DNA of 64,000 bases from an uncultured Bryobacteraceae bacterium (GCA_964248065.1 CAXTWQ010000002.1:52281-116280), one strand, 5' to 3'; counted from the stretch's first letter, positions 29,326 through 38,772 are shown. Program-made: numbers and translations. The notes: generated by a model not told the origin, from the sequence alone.

Positions 29326-30759
29326 TTGGAAACACCTTTGAAATCCCCTTCGGCTCTATCCACAGTTTTGCTCGTTGCGCTTTGCACTGTTCTCTTCGAT
29401 TCACAGGCGTGGTCGCAGGCAGCTGCACCGCTGACCGACCGGGAACGCGATTTACTAAACCGCATCGATAAACTCGAAGCTCGCATCACCGCCTTAGAAT
29501 CACGAACCACGAAGGAAGCTGCTCCGCCTGATTCCTCGGCAACAGCTTCGGCTCCTGCCAAGGACGCTGTGCAATCAGTTCCGCCCACGTCCACCACGGT
29601 GGTGCCAGAGTCAAACGCCGCTCCTGCTAACTCATCGTCCCTGGCCTTTCCTGATGGCACAACGCTCAATTTCAGCGTGGACGGCTACTACGGCTATAAC
29701 TTTAATCACCCAACAGGACGCGTTAATTTTCTTCGTTCCAATGACGTCCTTTCCAGTAATCTCTCACTAAATCAAATCGGGTTTGTAGTGGAGCGTGCGC
29801 CGGACCTGAGCGTAAATCGCCCGATTGGCTATCGTGTTGACTTGATGTTCGGGCAAAACACTGAAACGCTGCAAGGTGGTGGTCAGAATGAACCGCGTCC
29901 GCAGGTTTACCGTAATATCTACCAAGCTTTCGGCTCGTATATCATTCCAGTCGGCAGCGGCCTGCAATTGGATTTCGGCAAATTCGCCAGCTCCTTGGGT
30001 ATTGAGGGTAATTACACCAAAGATCAGCTGAATTACTCACGATCCTACTTCTTCAATGCCCTGCCGTTCTATCACATGGGCCTGCGCGGCACATATAACG
30101 TGAACCCGAAGCTATCGCTCCAGTACTGGCTCGTCAATGGTGCGAATGAAACGGAAGACTTCAATGGATTCAAGAGTCAGGCCGTGCTTTTCACTTACAA
30201 GCCTGCCCCTAAAGTTTCGTGGAACATCAACTACTACGAAGGGCAAGAGTCGCACGACGTACTTCCGGCCAGTAACTCGCCCATTCCGACTTTGCCCACC
30301 CAGCCCGGCCTATCTGTGAACGCAGTCTCCGAACCTCACAATGGCCGTACGCACATCTTTGACTCTTATGCCGCTTTCATCCTCAACTCAAAATGGAGTG
30401 CAGCGCTCGAAGGCGATTACGTCATCAGCCGCCTGGCAAGTAACTCATCGCCAACCCGCTTCTACGGAGGCGCCGGCTATCTTCATCGTCAACTAACGAA
30501 AACTATTGCGCTAAATGAACGCTTCGAGTACATCAAAGATCGGGGGCTCTTTACCGGAGCAACGCAGGATTTGAAAGAAGTGACAGCAACAGCTCTGTTC
30601 CAACCTGTCGATGGCTTTCAAACCCGGATTGAATATCGGCGTGATTTCACCAATCGCAATTTCTTCCTCACCAACAATCCGGCCTTCCCCGTTGCATCGC
30701 AAAGTACCGCTACTGTTGGGCTTAATTGGTGGTTTGGCGGTAAAACCGGATCCTGGTAG
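29326..30759 (+). CDS. Outer-membrane beta-barrel porin embedded in the kdp locus
   Basis: 477 aa; TTG start uncertain. Signal peptide, a short coiled-coil (DRERDLLNRIDKLEARITALESR), alternating beta-strand pattern with aromatic girdle residues, and a C-terminal ...GLNWWFGGKTGSW. Confidence 0.65.
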   Translation: METPLKSPSALSTVLLVALCTVLFDSQAWSQAAAPLTDRERDLLNRIDKLEARITALESRTTKEAAPPDSSATASAPAKDAVQSVPPTSTTVVPESNAAPANSSSLAFPDGTTLNFSVDGYYGYNFNHPTGRVNFLRSNDVLSSNLSLNQIGFVVERAPDLSVNRPIGYRVDLMFGQNTETLQGGGQNEPRPQVYRNIYQAFGSYIIPVGSGLQLDFGKFASSLGIEGNYTKDQLNYSRSYFFNALPFYHMGLRGTYNVNPKLSLQYWLVNGANETEDFNGFKSQAVLFTYKPAPKVSWNINYYEGQESHDVLPASNSPIPTLPTQPGLSVNAVSEPHNGRTHIFDSYAAFILNSKWSAALEGDYVISRLASNSSPTRFYGGAGYLHRQLTKTIALNERFEYIKDRGLFTGATQDLKEVTATALFQPVDGFQTRIEYRRDFTNRNFFLTNNPAFPVASQSTATVGLNWWFGGKTGSW

Positions 30760-30791
30760 CATTTCGTGCCGCCTGGTCGGATAATAGATAT

Positions 30792-31895
30792 ATGGGATCC
30801 GCGATTGATACCAGGCCAACGCCGGAGCAACTTTTGCAGCAATTGGAGAGCGAAGAGGAACACCAGTCCCGTGGCCGCTTGAAAGTTTTTCTTGGGTATG
30901 CGTCAGGCGTCGGCAAGAGCTTCCGCATGCTGGATGAAGGCCGACGTCGTTATGAACGTGGTCAGGATGTTGTTATTGCTGCCATGCAGCCGCGCATGTC
31001 TGCCGATCTGCAGCAAACTGCCAATACGTTGGAGGTGATTCCGCTGATGTGCGTGGAGGGGTGCACCGTCATGAACGTCGATGCCATTCTTAAGCGGCGC
31101 CCCAAAGTCTGCCTCGTTGACGGTCTCGCCTACGACAATCCGCCAGATGCTGCGCGCCATAGCCGCTGGCAGGATGTTGCCGTGCTACTGGAAGCCGGCA
31201 TTTCCGTGATCAGCTCCGTTAATATCCAGCACATTCAGGAGATGGGCAGCAGGGTTGAAGCAATCACGGCCAAGCACGTCACTCAAACTGTTCCTCTCAG
31301 CTTCCTGCAGAGAGCTGACGAGATCGTGGTGGTAGACGTTCCGCCTGAAAGCTGCATGAGCATCTCAGAGGATGGCAATTCCATCGCTCCGCACAAGCTT
31401 TCTCAGCTACAGCTTTCCGAGCTTCGCGAACTGGCTCTTCTTTTGGCAGCTGACGTTGTCGATAAGCAGTTAGAGAGATACCTGGAGCGTCATGGCATCC
31501 AGCAATCATGGGGCACGCAGGAGCGCATTATGGTCTGCCTATCGCCCCATGCTGATGCTGAACGGATGATTGAGACCGGAGTTCGCAACCGTGACCGCTT
31601 CCATGGCGAATTAATCGCCGCACACCTCAACCGGCCTGATTGGTCTACGGACCAGCGTAGCCGCGTGAACAACGGAGTGGAGAGAGCACGTGAACGCGGG
31701 GCAGAGATCGTTCAATTAGATGGCGAAGACGCAGTCGATACGATTCTTCGCTTCGCCCGGCAGCGCGGTATAACCCAGATCTACGTCGGCCACAAAAGCC
31801 GCGAAAGCTGGTGGGAGCGAGCATTCGGAAGCGACCTGGACCGGCTGATCAGCTCTGCTGAAGGCATGGACGTCCGCGTCTTCCCGCACCCGTAG
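30792..31895 (+). CDS. kdpD: KdpD N-terminal sensor module only (KdpD-N plus Usp domain); no TM or histidine-kinase part
   Basis: Aligns by eye with E. coli KdpD residues about 1-370: GRLKVFLGYASGVGKSFRML P-loop, RWQDVAVLLEAGISVISSVNIQHIQ, and a Usp-like part. Ends before any hydrophobic or HATPase region. Confidence 0.8.
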   Translation: MGSAIDTRPTPEQLLQQLESEEEHQSRGRLKVFLGYASGVGKSFRMLDEGRRRYERGQDVVIAAMQPRMSADLQQTANTLEVIPLMCVEGCTVMNVDAILKRRPKVCLVDGLAYDNPPDAARHSRWQDVAVLLEAGISVISSVNIQHIQEMGSRVEAITAKHVTQTVPLSFLQRADEIVVVDVPPESCMSISEDGNSIAPHKLSQLQLSELRELALLLAADVVDKQLERYLERHGIQQSWGTQERIMVCLSPHADAERMIETGVRNRDRFHGELIAAHLNRPDWSTDQRSRVNNGVERARERGAEIVQLDGEDAVDTILRFARQRGITQIYVGHKSRESWWERAFGSDLDRLISSAEGMDVRVFPHP

Positions 31896-31962
31896 CGTAA
31901 GCGGCACGAGCGCCTAGAAGACGCTAAGGATAGACGCTGGAGGCCCCAGTGTGGGCCAGCTG

Positions 31963-32330
31963 AACGGATGGCTGAAGGGGACAGCCTGACGTGAGCGGTT
32001 GCGAAATTGAACCAAACCCGCATAGCGACCTGCGTGGTTGGTGATTGACACACATTGCTAAGTGGTTCTAGGCGCAAAACACTCCTGTCTACTGCACGCC
32101 GATGCAGTCATCACAGGGTTTGCAGCACAACTATTTGCCAGTAGCACACTGAACGCGCATGCAGCAGACCCCAAACCCAGCCTTGTTTCGATGAAAGCTG
32201 CTTTGGAATTCATGTGCATCAAGCTGCCCGGAGCAGATTCGCCCTCAATGAGCCTTTATTAGCAAGTTAGCAGAGGGCTGGCACGGGTTCGGCATTTTGG
32301 CGAACTCCTCACTTCAGGCTGTCCCCTTCA
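31963..32330. repeat. Non-coding unit bounded by long imperfect inverted repeats (arms 31963-32010 and 32284-32330)
   Basis: Left arm: TGAAGGGGACAGCCTGACGTGAGCGGTTGCGAAATTGAACCAAACCCG. Reverse complement of right arm: TGAAGGGGACAGCCTGAAGTGAGGAGTTCGCCAAAATGCCGAACCCG. The first 17 nt are identical, then the match is imperfect, and both arms end in AACCCG. Confidence 0.7.
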
Positions 32331-32453
32331 TTTCTCTCCTCTCACCCGCGGGCTGCAGAGAAGCATGCGACCGATCAGCTGAGTGGAAAGCTCGCAACCA
32401 TAGTTGTCAAGTGGCGCTAGCCTCTCGGCGCTCCGTCCTACACTAAAAGAGAA

Positions 32454-32810
32454 ATGGAAAACCACCGGGCACGGCGTGTTTCAGAAGCTTTGCGCGAAGA
32501 GCTGGGCGAACTCATATCATACGAACTTTCCGATCCGCGAATCGCCGAGACGACCGTTACAGAGGTGCTGGTCTCCTCGGATATGAAGAACGCTCAGGTG
32601 CGACTCCACTTCGTCAATCCCAGCGATAACGCTGATGAGACACTGGCGGCATTGGACCGCGCAAAGAACTTTTTAAAACATCAATTGGCAGAACGTCTCA
32701 CACTGTTCCGCATACCGGAGCTGCATTTTGAATCCGACGTGACGCAATCAGGCTCACCCCGCATGGAGAGCCTGATAAAGAGAATTAAGCGCGGACGTCC
32801 CCGTGATTAG
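32454..32810 (+). CDS. rbfA: Ribosome-binding factor A
   Basis: 118 aa. RARRVSEALREELGELISYELSDPRI... is typical of RbfA. Confidence 0.85.
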   Translation: MENHRARRVSEALREELGELISYELSDPRIAETTVTEVLVSSDMKNAQVRLHFVNPSDNADETLAALDRAKNFLKHQLAERLTLFRIPELHFESDVTQSGSPRMESLIKRIKRGRPRD

Positions 32811-32890
32811 CTACAACTTGATTTTTTCGATATTGTGCTTTAACGGTAAACTCTAACGGTATTGATGCGTAAACCAAGACGGAGATCCTG

Positions 32891-33931
32891 ATGCGAATGG
32901 CCCCGGTGAGTGGCAGATTTCTGGAGGCCTGCCGACGCCGCAGCACGGATGTGCGGCCGGTTTGGTTTATGCGTCAGGCTGGACGTTATCTAAAACCCTA
33001 TCGCGACATCCGCGCGAAACATTCCATCTTGGAAATTTGTAAAAATGCTGAGCTGGCCGCCACCGTAACGCTGCAGCCAATCGACATCCTGGACGTTGAC
33101 GCCGCTATTATCTTCGCCGATCTGCTGCTGCCGGTCGAGCCTATGGGCCTGAAATTGGAGTACCGGAGCGGCGAAGGCCCGCATATTGAGAACTCTGTTA
33201 CAGAACCCGGGGATATAGACGATCTTTCGACGGAGAATACGGATGATTTGGGGTATGTCGGCGATGCAATTAAGGCGGTGACGACTGCGCTGGCCGGCCG
33301 GGTTCCCGTTATCGGGTTTGTGGGTGCACCCTTCACGCTGGCAAGCTACATGATTGAGGGCGGCGCCTCAAAGACGTTCGTCAAGACCAAAAGCCTGATG
33401 CTTAGCAACGAGGTGATGTGGCGGCGGCTGATGGGCAAAATCGTAGACGTGCTGGGCGATTTTGCGGGCTTGCAAGTGGCAGCGGGGGCACGGGCCATCC
33501 AAGTCTTCGACAGCTGGGTGGGTGCATTGAGCCCGGAAGATTACGTGCGCTTTGTGCAGCCGTACTCGCGCGCTTTGATTGAGCGAATTCGTCAAAGTGG
33601 AGTTCCGGTTATTCACTTCGGCACCGGTGCGAGTGGCTTTCTCAAAGAGCTGCATGCGGCTGGTGGAGATGTGATCGGTGTTGACTGGCGCATGAATATA
33701 GATCAGGCTTGGATGGACATTGGGTACCGTTCCGCAATACAGGGCAATCTGGATCCGGTAGCGCTATTTGCGCCGTTGCCGGAACTGCGCACCAAAATTA
33801 CGGACTTGCTGACACGTACAGGTACGCGGCCCGGACATATCGTGAACCTTGGCCATGACATTCTGCCCGAGACGCCGGTTGAAAACGTGAAGGCGGCCGT
33901 GCAGATTGTGCGCGAATTTCACCGGCACTGA
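32891..33931 (+). CDS. hemE: Uroporphyrinogen decarboxylase
   Basis: PVWFMRQAGRYLKPYR signature and family-wide similarity. Confidence 0.92.
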   Translation: MRMAPVSGRFLEACRRRSTDVRPVWFMRQAGRYLKPYRDIRAKHSILEICKNAELAATVTLQPIDILDVDAAIIFADLLLPVEPMGLKLEYRSGEGPHIENSVTEPGDIDDLSTENTDDLGYVGDAIKAVTTALAGRVPVIGFVGAPFTLASYMIEGGASKTFVKTKSLMLSNEVMWRRLMGKIVDVLGDFAGLQVAAGARAIQVFDSWVGALSPEDYVRFVQPYSRALIERIRQSGVPVIHFGTGASGFLKELHAAGGDVIGVDWRMNIDQAWMDIGYRSAIQGNLDPVALFAPLPELRTKITDLLTRTGTRPGHIVNLGHDILPETPVENVKAAVQIVREFHRH

Positions 33932-35316
33932 TGTCGCTGCCTGTTGTCATCGTGGGCGGAGGCATCTCCGGGCTGGCCACGGCTTTCTACTTGAAAGAAC
34001 GCGGCATCCGCTCAACTCTGATCGAACGGTCGCCTCGACTTGGCGGTCTGATTCTTACCGAGAAAATAGCCGGTTGCGATTTAGAGGGTGGCCCCGACAG
34101 CTTTATAGCCACCAAGCCGGCGGTTGCACAACTGGCAAATGACATTGGGATTTCAGACAAGCTAATCGGCTCAAACGACAAGGCGCGTCAGATCTTCATC
34201 GTCCGAAATGGTGCGCTGGTGCCGATGCCGCAAGGCATGCAAATAATGGTGCCCACCAAGTGGCGGGCTGCCCTGGAATCGAATCTATTTAGCCCTGAGA
34301 CTAAGCGTGCCTTCCTCCGGGAACGTTTCTGCAAGCCTCGGCATAGGGTCGGTGATTTCTCCATTCGCGATCTGGTTATCGATCACTTCGGTGAGGAGTC
34401 TTTGGAGTATTTGACTGAGCCGTTGCTTTCGGGCGTGTATGGCGGCCAAGCCGCAGGGCTGAGTGCCCGGAGCGTGCTGCCGCGCTTTGTCGAGTGGGAA
34501 GAGCAGTTCGGAAGCCTGATCCGAGGAGCGCAGAAATCAGCGACGGCAAACAAGGGAGGCCGCAGTTTCTTTCAATCGTTTGCAGGAGGAATGCAGACGC
34601 TGGTGGACGCCCTCGCTGCATCTTTGGGTGACTCTTGCAACATACTTCAAGCCGCCGTAAGTTCAATACGCCGCGGCCAGCAAGGGTTGTGGAACGTTGA
34701 TGTTGACGGTCAGACAATCGAAGCTTTGGACGTTGTCCTTGCCTGCGCGGCGCACCAGAGTGGCCATTTGCTGGCAGAAGCGGACCCGGCTCTTTCCCGA
34801 CTGTTAGGTGCCATCCAATACTCCTCTTCGACGCTGGTCACATTGCTGTTCGAACAGGACCAATTCTTTCATCCACTGAACGGATTTGGTTTCCTGGTGC
34901 CGCAACCCGAGCGTAATGCGATTGCGGCCGCAACCTGGATCAATACGAAATTCCCGTCGCGAGTTGCTCCGGGTAAAATAGCTTTACGCGCTTTTTTGGT
35001 AGATCCGGAAGCGACACAATACAACTCGCTTTCTGATCTCGGGTTGGTCCAACTTGTTTGGCAAGACCTGAAGCGGTTTATGGAGTTTGAAGCGACGCCG
35101 TCGTACAGCCGTGTTTATCGCTGGCCTTGCTCCATGCCCCAGTATGTGGTGGGGCACGCTGACCATTGCGCAAAAATCGCGTTGCAGACAGATCGTAATG
35201 CGGGACTGCATCTGGTCTCAAATTATATGGATGGAGTAGGCATACCCGATTGCGTACGCTTGGCTTCTCAAACCGCATCAAAGATAAAAGTCTCTTCATC
35301 ATTTAGCTCTGCATAG
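33931..35316 (+). CDS. hemY: Protoporphyrinogen / coproporphyrinogen III oxidase, FAD-dependent (HemY/CgoX family)
   Basis: VVIVGGGISGLATAFYL dinucleotide fold. Start codon overlaps the hemE stop by one base. Size is 461 aa. Confidence 0.85.
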   Translation: MSLPVVIVGGGISGLATAFYLKERGIRSTLIERSPRLGGLILTEKIAGCDLEGGPDSFIATKPAVAQLANDIGISDKLIGSNDKARQIFIVRNGALVPMPQGMQIMVPTKWRAALESNLFSPETKRAFLRERFCKPRHRVGDFSIRDLVIDHFGEESLEYLTEPLLSGVYGGQAAGLSARSVLPRFVEWEEQFGSLIRGAQKSATANKGGRSFFQSFAGGMQTLVDALAASLGDSCNILQAAVSSIRRGQQGLWNVDVDGQTIEALDVVLACAAHQSGHLLAEADPALSRLLGAIQYSSSTLVTLLFEQDQFFHPLNGFGFLVPQPERNAIAAATWINTKFPSRVAPGKIALRAFLVDPEATQYNSLSDLGLVQLVWQDLKRFMEFEATPSYSRVYRWPCSMPQYVVGHADHCAKIALQTDRNAGLHLVSNYMDGVGIPDCVRLASQTASKIKVSSSFSSA

Positions 35317-35419
35317 ATTCACTCTTGCTGATAACAGTTCAGGGCAAAGAAACGTCTTATCAATGCCAGGACGGTCCGTACGCACGAACAGGAGCCGGCC
35401 GGCATTGGAGGAATAGAGA

Positions 35420-36094
35420 ATGAGATTGTTTACCGGGGTTTTACTGACGGCGCTTGCCGCATTGCCAGTGCTAGCCCAGAAAGATGCTAGCGCGCGTTTG
35501 ACCGCAGCCACAACTGATCTGCACGAGATGATGAAGGCCGACGACAAAGGCATCCCGCAGAATCTTATCGAGAAAGCGCAATGCGTGATTGTGGTGCCGA
35601 ATCTGAAAGCTGGTGGCTTTATCGTCGGCGCACAATACGGCAAAGGATTCTTTTCCTGCCGCAAACCGAGCGGGGTCGGTTGGAGCGCACCAGGTTCGGT
35701 AAGGCTCTCAGGAGGCAAGTTCGGCTTATTGATTGGCGCCAAGGAAACGGACGTCATTATGCTGGTGATGAACCAGGACGGCATGAATCGCATGCTGAGC
35801 GATAAGTTCCAGATTGGTGGTGAAGCGTCTGGTGCAGCGGGTCCGGTGGGACGTGAATCCACGGCTATGACGGATGCTCAATTACATGCCGAGATCCTGT
35901 CCTACTCACGTTCACGTGGACTTTTCGGTGGCCTAGATATTAGTGGCTCTGCCGTTACTCAGGACGAAGAAGCAAACCGGGAGCTTTACGGCACTAAAAT
36001 CACGAACAAGGAAATCTTCAGCGGGTCGCCGACAGTACCTGCCTCTGCGAAGCCGTTCGTTCAGGAGTTGAGCCGTATCTCTTCTCGTAAGTAA
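35420..36094 (+). CDS. SYLF (Ysc84/DUF500) lipid-binding domain protein, secreted
   Basis: Signal peptide, then blocks AQCVIVVPNLKAGGFIVGAQYGKG and GGEASGAAGPVGR...YSRSRGLFGGLDISG. Confidence 0.75.
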   Translation: MRLFTGVLLTALAALPVLAQKDASARLTAATTDLHEMMKADDKGIPQNLIEKAQCVIVVPNLKAGGFIVGAQYGKGFFSCRKPSGVGWSAPGSVRLSGGKFGLLIGAKETDVIMLVMNQDGMNRMLSDKFQIGGEASGAAGPVGRESTAMTDAQLHAEILSYSRSRGLFGGLDISGSAVTQDEEANRELYGTKITNKEIFSGSPTVPASAKPFVQELSRISSRK

Positions 36095-36113
36095 GCGAAG
36101 GCCGGAACAGTTT

Positions 36114-36147
36114 GGCCACTCGAGTTCTCTCCGAGTCCCGGGTGGCC
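36114..36147 (+). terminator. Weak candidate terminator hairpin after the SYLF gene
   Basis: GGCCAC...GTGGCC outer stem with inner CTCGAG/CCGAG pairing, followed by a modestly T-rich tail (TGCTATTTC). Confidence 0.3.
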
Positions 36148-36183
36148 TGCTATTTCAACTAGGGCTGGGAGAGACAATAGGTT

Positions 36184-37749
36184 TTGCCCCGCGTTTTTCC
36201 ATCTGTGATCCGCAAAGTTCTCGTTAGTTTTTGTCTTACGATTGCTCTCTCTGGGCAATCGCTGAAGACGCCGATTCCAAGCTCAACGCCGCCTCCCATT
36301 GATCCTGCTGTTCCGAAAGAGATCGATCCGCTACTGCGCCGATTTATTGATGTGCTTTCGGTAGTGCAGAGTGAAGGAGCTGACCCGCAACCGGCTGATC
36401 AAATGCTGTATGGCGGGGCCATTCCTTCCATGCTGCGGCAATTGGATCCGCACACACAGTTCTTCGACCCCGGCCAGTTCGATCAATTACGTCAGATGGA
36501 AGCTTCTGAGCAGAAGGGTTTCGGAAGTATCGTATCGGTGCTTCCTGGGCAGGTGATCTTTCTGCAAACCCTGCCCGGTACGCCCTCCAGCAAGGCTGGC
36601 ATTCAGGCAGGCGATGATCTGGTGGCGGTCAACAATGTGTCCATACGATCGTTGCAGCCCGAACAAATCGTCCAACTTCTGTCTGAAGCGCGTCAACAGA
36701 AGATTGCGGTATATGTTCGGCGGCAGGGATCGGCCAAATTGCTGCAGTTCTTTCTGACTCCGGAACTTGTAGATGCGCCCAGCGTGGATCGGGTGTTTCT
36801 GTTGAAGCCTGGATTCGGCTATCTGCGAATTACCAGTTTTGATCTGCAAACAGCCAAGCTGGTGCGCGATGCGCTAACGAAACTGGACGCCGCTCACCTG
36901 CAAGGGCTGGTTATTGATCTGCGGAACAACCCGGGAGGCGTTGTGACAGCAGCGCTGGATGTTTCGTCACAGTTTCTGCCTCCGGGTTCGAAGATTCTGA
37001 CTGCCAAAGGAAGATCGAGCGAAGTTTCGAGTGCCGTAGTTCCCGATTCGGCCAAGCCTTATGGGACGAAGCTGGCTGTGATTATTAACGAGAAGACGGC
37101 CAGTGCTTCTGAGATTCTTGCAGGTGCATTGCAAGATCATGATCGTGCCGTGATTGTGGGTGAGACCAGCTTCGGCAAGGGCCTTGTGCAGTCTGTGATT
37201 CCGCTGTCGGGAAATGCCGGGCTGGCTATCACTACAGCTTTCTACTACACCCCTAGTGGTCGGTCGATCCAGCATCCATTGCAGAACTCTGCGCTGTCAC
37301 AGACCTTCAATAACGAACACCCGGAACAACGGCCCATTTATAAGACTGACAAAGGACGCGTGGTGGTGGGCGGCGGCGGCATTCAGCCTGATGTGCGCGT
37401 TACTGATCAGCCTGTGACGCGGCTGGAAGAAGTGCTGACAGCCAGCGGCGCTCTAACAGCGTTCGCCACCGAGTACCTTCAGCAGCACCCGTCCATTCCA
37501 GACAACTTTAGCGTGACGCCGGAGCTGGTCGATGAGCTGAAAGTGTTCCTGTCAGCCCGCAACATTCAGCCTGGAGTTTCCGAGTGGACAGCCGAGCATA
37601 CGTGGCTGACCCGGCATTTACAGGAAGAGATTGTTACGCAAGCAAAAGGCGTTGCAAAAGGCGATGAGATAGAAGCGTCATTCAACCCGCAAGTACAGGC
37701 GGCGCTGAAGGCAATATCAGACAATGCGATTCTGGCGAAGGCTCAATGA
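36184..37749 (+). CDS. Carboxyl-terminal processing protease (peptidase S41 with PDZ domain)
   Basis: 521 aa, TTG start. PDZ-like GTPSSKAGIQAGDDLVAVNN; GLVIDLRNNPGG; catalytic region EKTASASEILAGALQDHDRAVIVGETSFGKG. Confidence 0.85.
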   Translation: MPRVFPSVIRKVLVSFCLTIALSGQSLKTPIPSSTPPPIDPAVPKEIDPLLRRFIDVLSVVQSEGADPQPADQMLYGGAIPSMLRQLDPHTQFFDPGQFDQLRQMEASEQKGFGSIVSVLPGQVIFLQTLPGTPSSKAGIQAGDDLVAVNNVSIRSLQPEQIVQLLSEARQQKIAVYVRRQGSAKLLQFFLTPELVDAPSVDRVFLLKPGFGYLRITSFDLQTAKLVRDALTKLDAAHLQGLVIDLRNNPGGVVTAALDVSSQFLPPGSKILTAKGRSSEVSSAVVPDSAKPYGTKLAVIINEKTASASEILAGALQDHDRAVIVGETSFGKGLVQSVIPLSGNAGLAITTAFYYTPSGRSIQHPLQNSALSQTFNNEHPEQRPIYKTDKGRVVVGGGGIQPDVRVTDQPVTRLEEVLTASGALTAFATEYLQQHPSIPDNFSVTPELVDELKVFLSARNIQPGVSEWTAEHTWLTRHLQEEIVTQAKGVAKGDEIEASFNPQVQAALKAISDNAILAKAQ

Positions 37750-37762
37750 GAGAGGGGTTAAC

Positions 37763-37840
37763 TGGTCGGGCTGCCGGGATTTGAACCCGGGACCTCTTGC
37801 ACCCCAAGCAAGCGCGCTAGCCAGGCTGCGCCACAGCCCG
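37763..37840 (-). tRNA. tRNA-Pro (anticodon GGG), CCA encoded
   Basis: Folded by hand. Acceptor CGGGCTG/CAGCCCG; D arm GCGC-AGCCTGGCTA-GCGC; anticodon arm CTTGC-TTGGGGT-GCAAG; T arm CCGGG-TTCAAAT-CCCGG; discriminator A plus CCA. 78 nt. Confidence 0.9.
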
Positions 37841-37938
37841 AAACTCTTTCAGTTTAGCGTAAGAGTTAATGGCCGCTGACCAACACAGATGAACGCTGAT
37901 AGCATTTTGTAGCACCTTGAGTTCTGGAGAACAAGCAT

Positions 37939-38772
37939 ATGCCATTTGTAGAAGCGCCGGACGGAACCGAAATTTACTACCGTGACTGGGGGACTGGAAC
38001 GCCGGTTATCTTGATCCATGGTTGGCCATTGAATAGCGACATGTGGGAAAAGCAGTCGACGTTTCTGGTCGAGCATGGATACCGGGTAATCAGCTACGAT
38101 CGGCGCGGATTCGGGCGGTCTGGAAAGCCCTGGAATGGTTATAACTACGACACCTTTGCTGCTGACCTGAATGCTTTGATGGTGAAGCTCGATGTGCAAG
38201 GAGCGGCGCTGGTTGGCTTTTCTATGGGCGGTGGCGAGGTGGTGCGGTACCTGAGCCGTTACGGATCGGGGCGCGTCGCCAAAGCGGTATTGGTTTCTGC
38301 CGTCCCCCCGTTTCTGGCAAAAGGGCCCGACAATCCGGAGGGAGTGGATCCGAAGCTATTTGGGCAGATTGAGGAGCAAATTCGCAAGGATCGGCCTGCC
38401 TTCCTGAAAGGCTTTGCCCCGATGTTCTATGGTCGAACGATGCTAAATCATACGGTGTCAGAGGCGGTTCTGGAATGGACGCAGTTCATGGCATTTATGG
38501 GGACACTACGATCAACCCTGGCGTCAGCGGAGGCGTTTGCGACCACCGACTTCCGTGAAGAGATGAAGCTGATTGCGGTGCCGGTATTGGTGATTCACGG
38601 AACGGGTGATGAGACCGTGCCGATTGATGCTTCTGGGCGACGATCAGCGAAAATCTTGCCGAATGCCACGCTAAGCGAATACAGTGGCGAACCGCATGGG
38701 CTGTTCCTGACTTCAGCAGACAAGTTAAATGCTGAACTGCTCCAGTTCATTGGGGGTACGACTTCGGTTTGA
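37939..38772 (+). CDS. Alpha/beta hydrolase, cofactor-free haloperoxidase / arylesterase type
   Basis: EIYYRDWGTGTPVILIHGWPL, nucleophile elbow GFSMGGG, and GEPHG near the C-terminus. Confidence 0.8.
   Translation: MPFVEAPDGTEIYYRDWGTGTPVILIHGWPLNSDMWEKQSTFLVEHGYRVISYDRRGFGRSGKPWNGYNYDTFAADLNALMVKLDVQGAALVGFSMGGGEVVRYLSRYGSGRVAKAVLVSAVPPFLAKGPDNPEGVDPKLFGQIEEQIRKDRPAFLKGFAPMFYGRTMLNHTVSEAVLEWTQFMAFMGTLRSTLASAEAFATTDFREEMKLIAVPVLVIHGTGDETVPIDASGRRSAKILPNATLSEYSGEPHGLFLTSADKLNAELLQFIGGTTSV

Noticed and set aside
31896-32453. RNase P RNA, tmRNA, SRP RNA or 6S RNA in the kdpD-rbfA gap; also the 66-aa ORF 32062..32262 and the 98-aa ORF 31781..32077
   Set aside because: No GAGGAAAGTCC/P4-type, tmRNA 3'-end or SRP GGAA-motif strings occur on either strand. 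The ORFs have no protein-like features, and one overlaps the kdpD end.
35299-35862. 187-aa ORF antisense to the SYLF-domain gene. Similar antisense ORFs occur at 41406..41960, 58017..58568, 14200..14682, 7542..7979 and 25532..26038.
   Set aside because: Each overlaps a CDS with clear family motifs on the other strand, and none has recognisable motifs of its own.
37763-37840. tRNA-Pro, and likewise tRNA-Asp at 24170-24246, as an integration site of a genomic island
   Set aside because: The accessory-looking genes lie on the 5' side of tRNA-Pro. No integrase gene and no direct repeat of either tRNA 3' end was found in the window.
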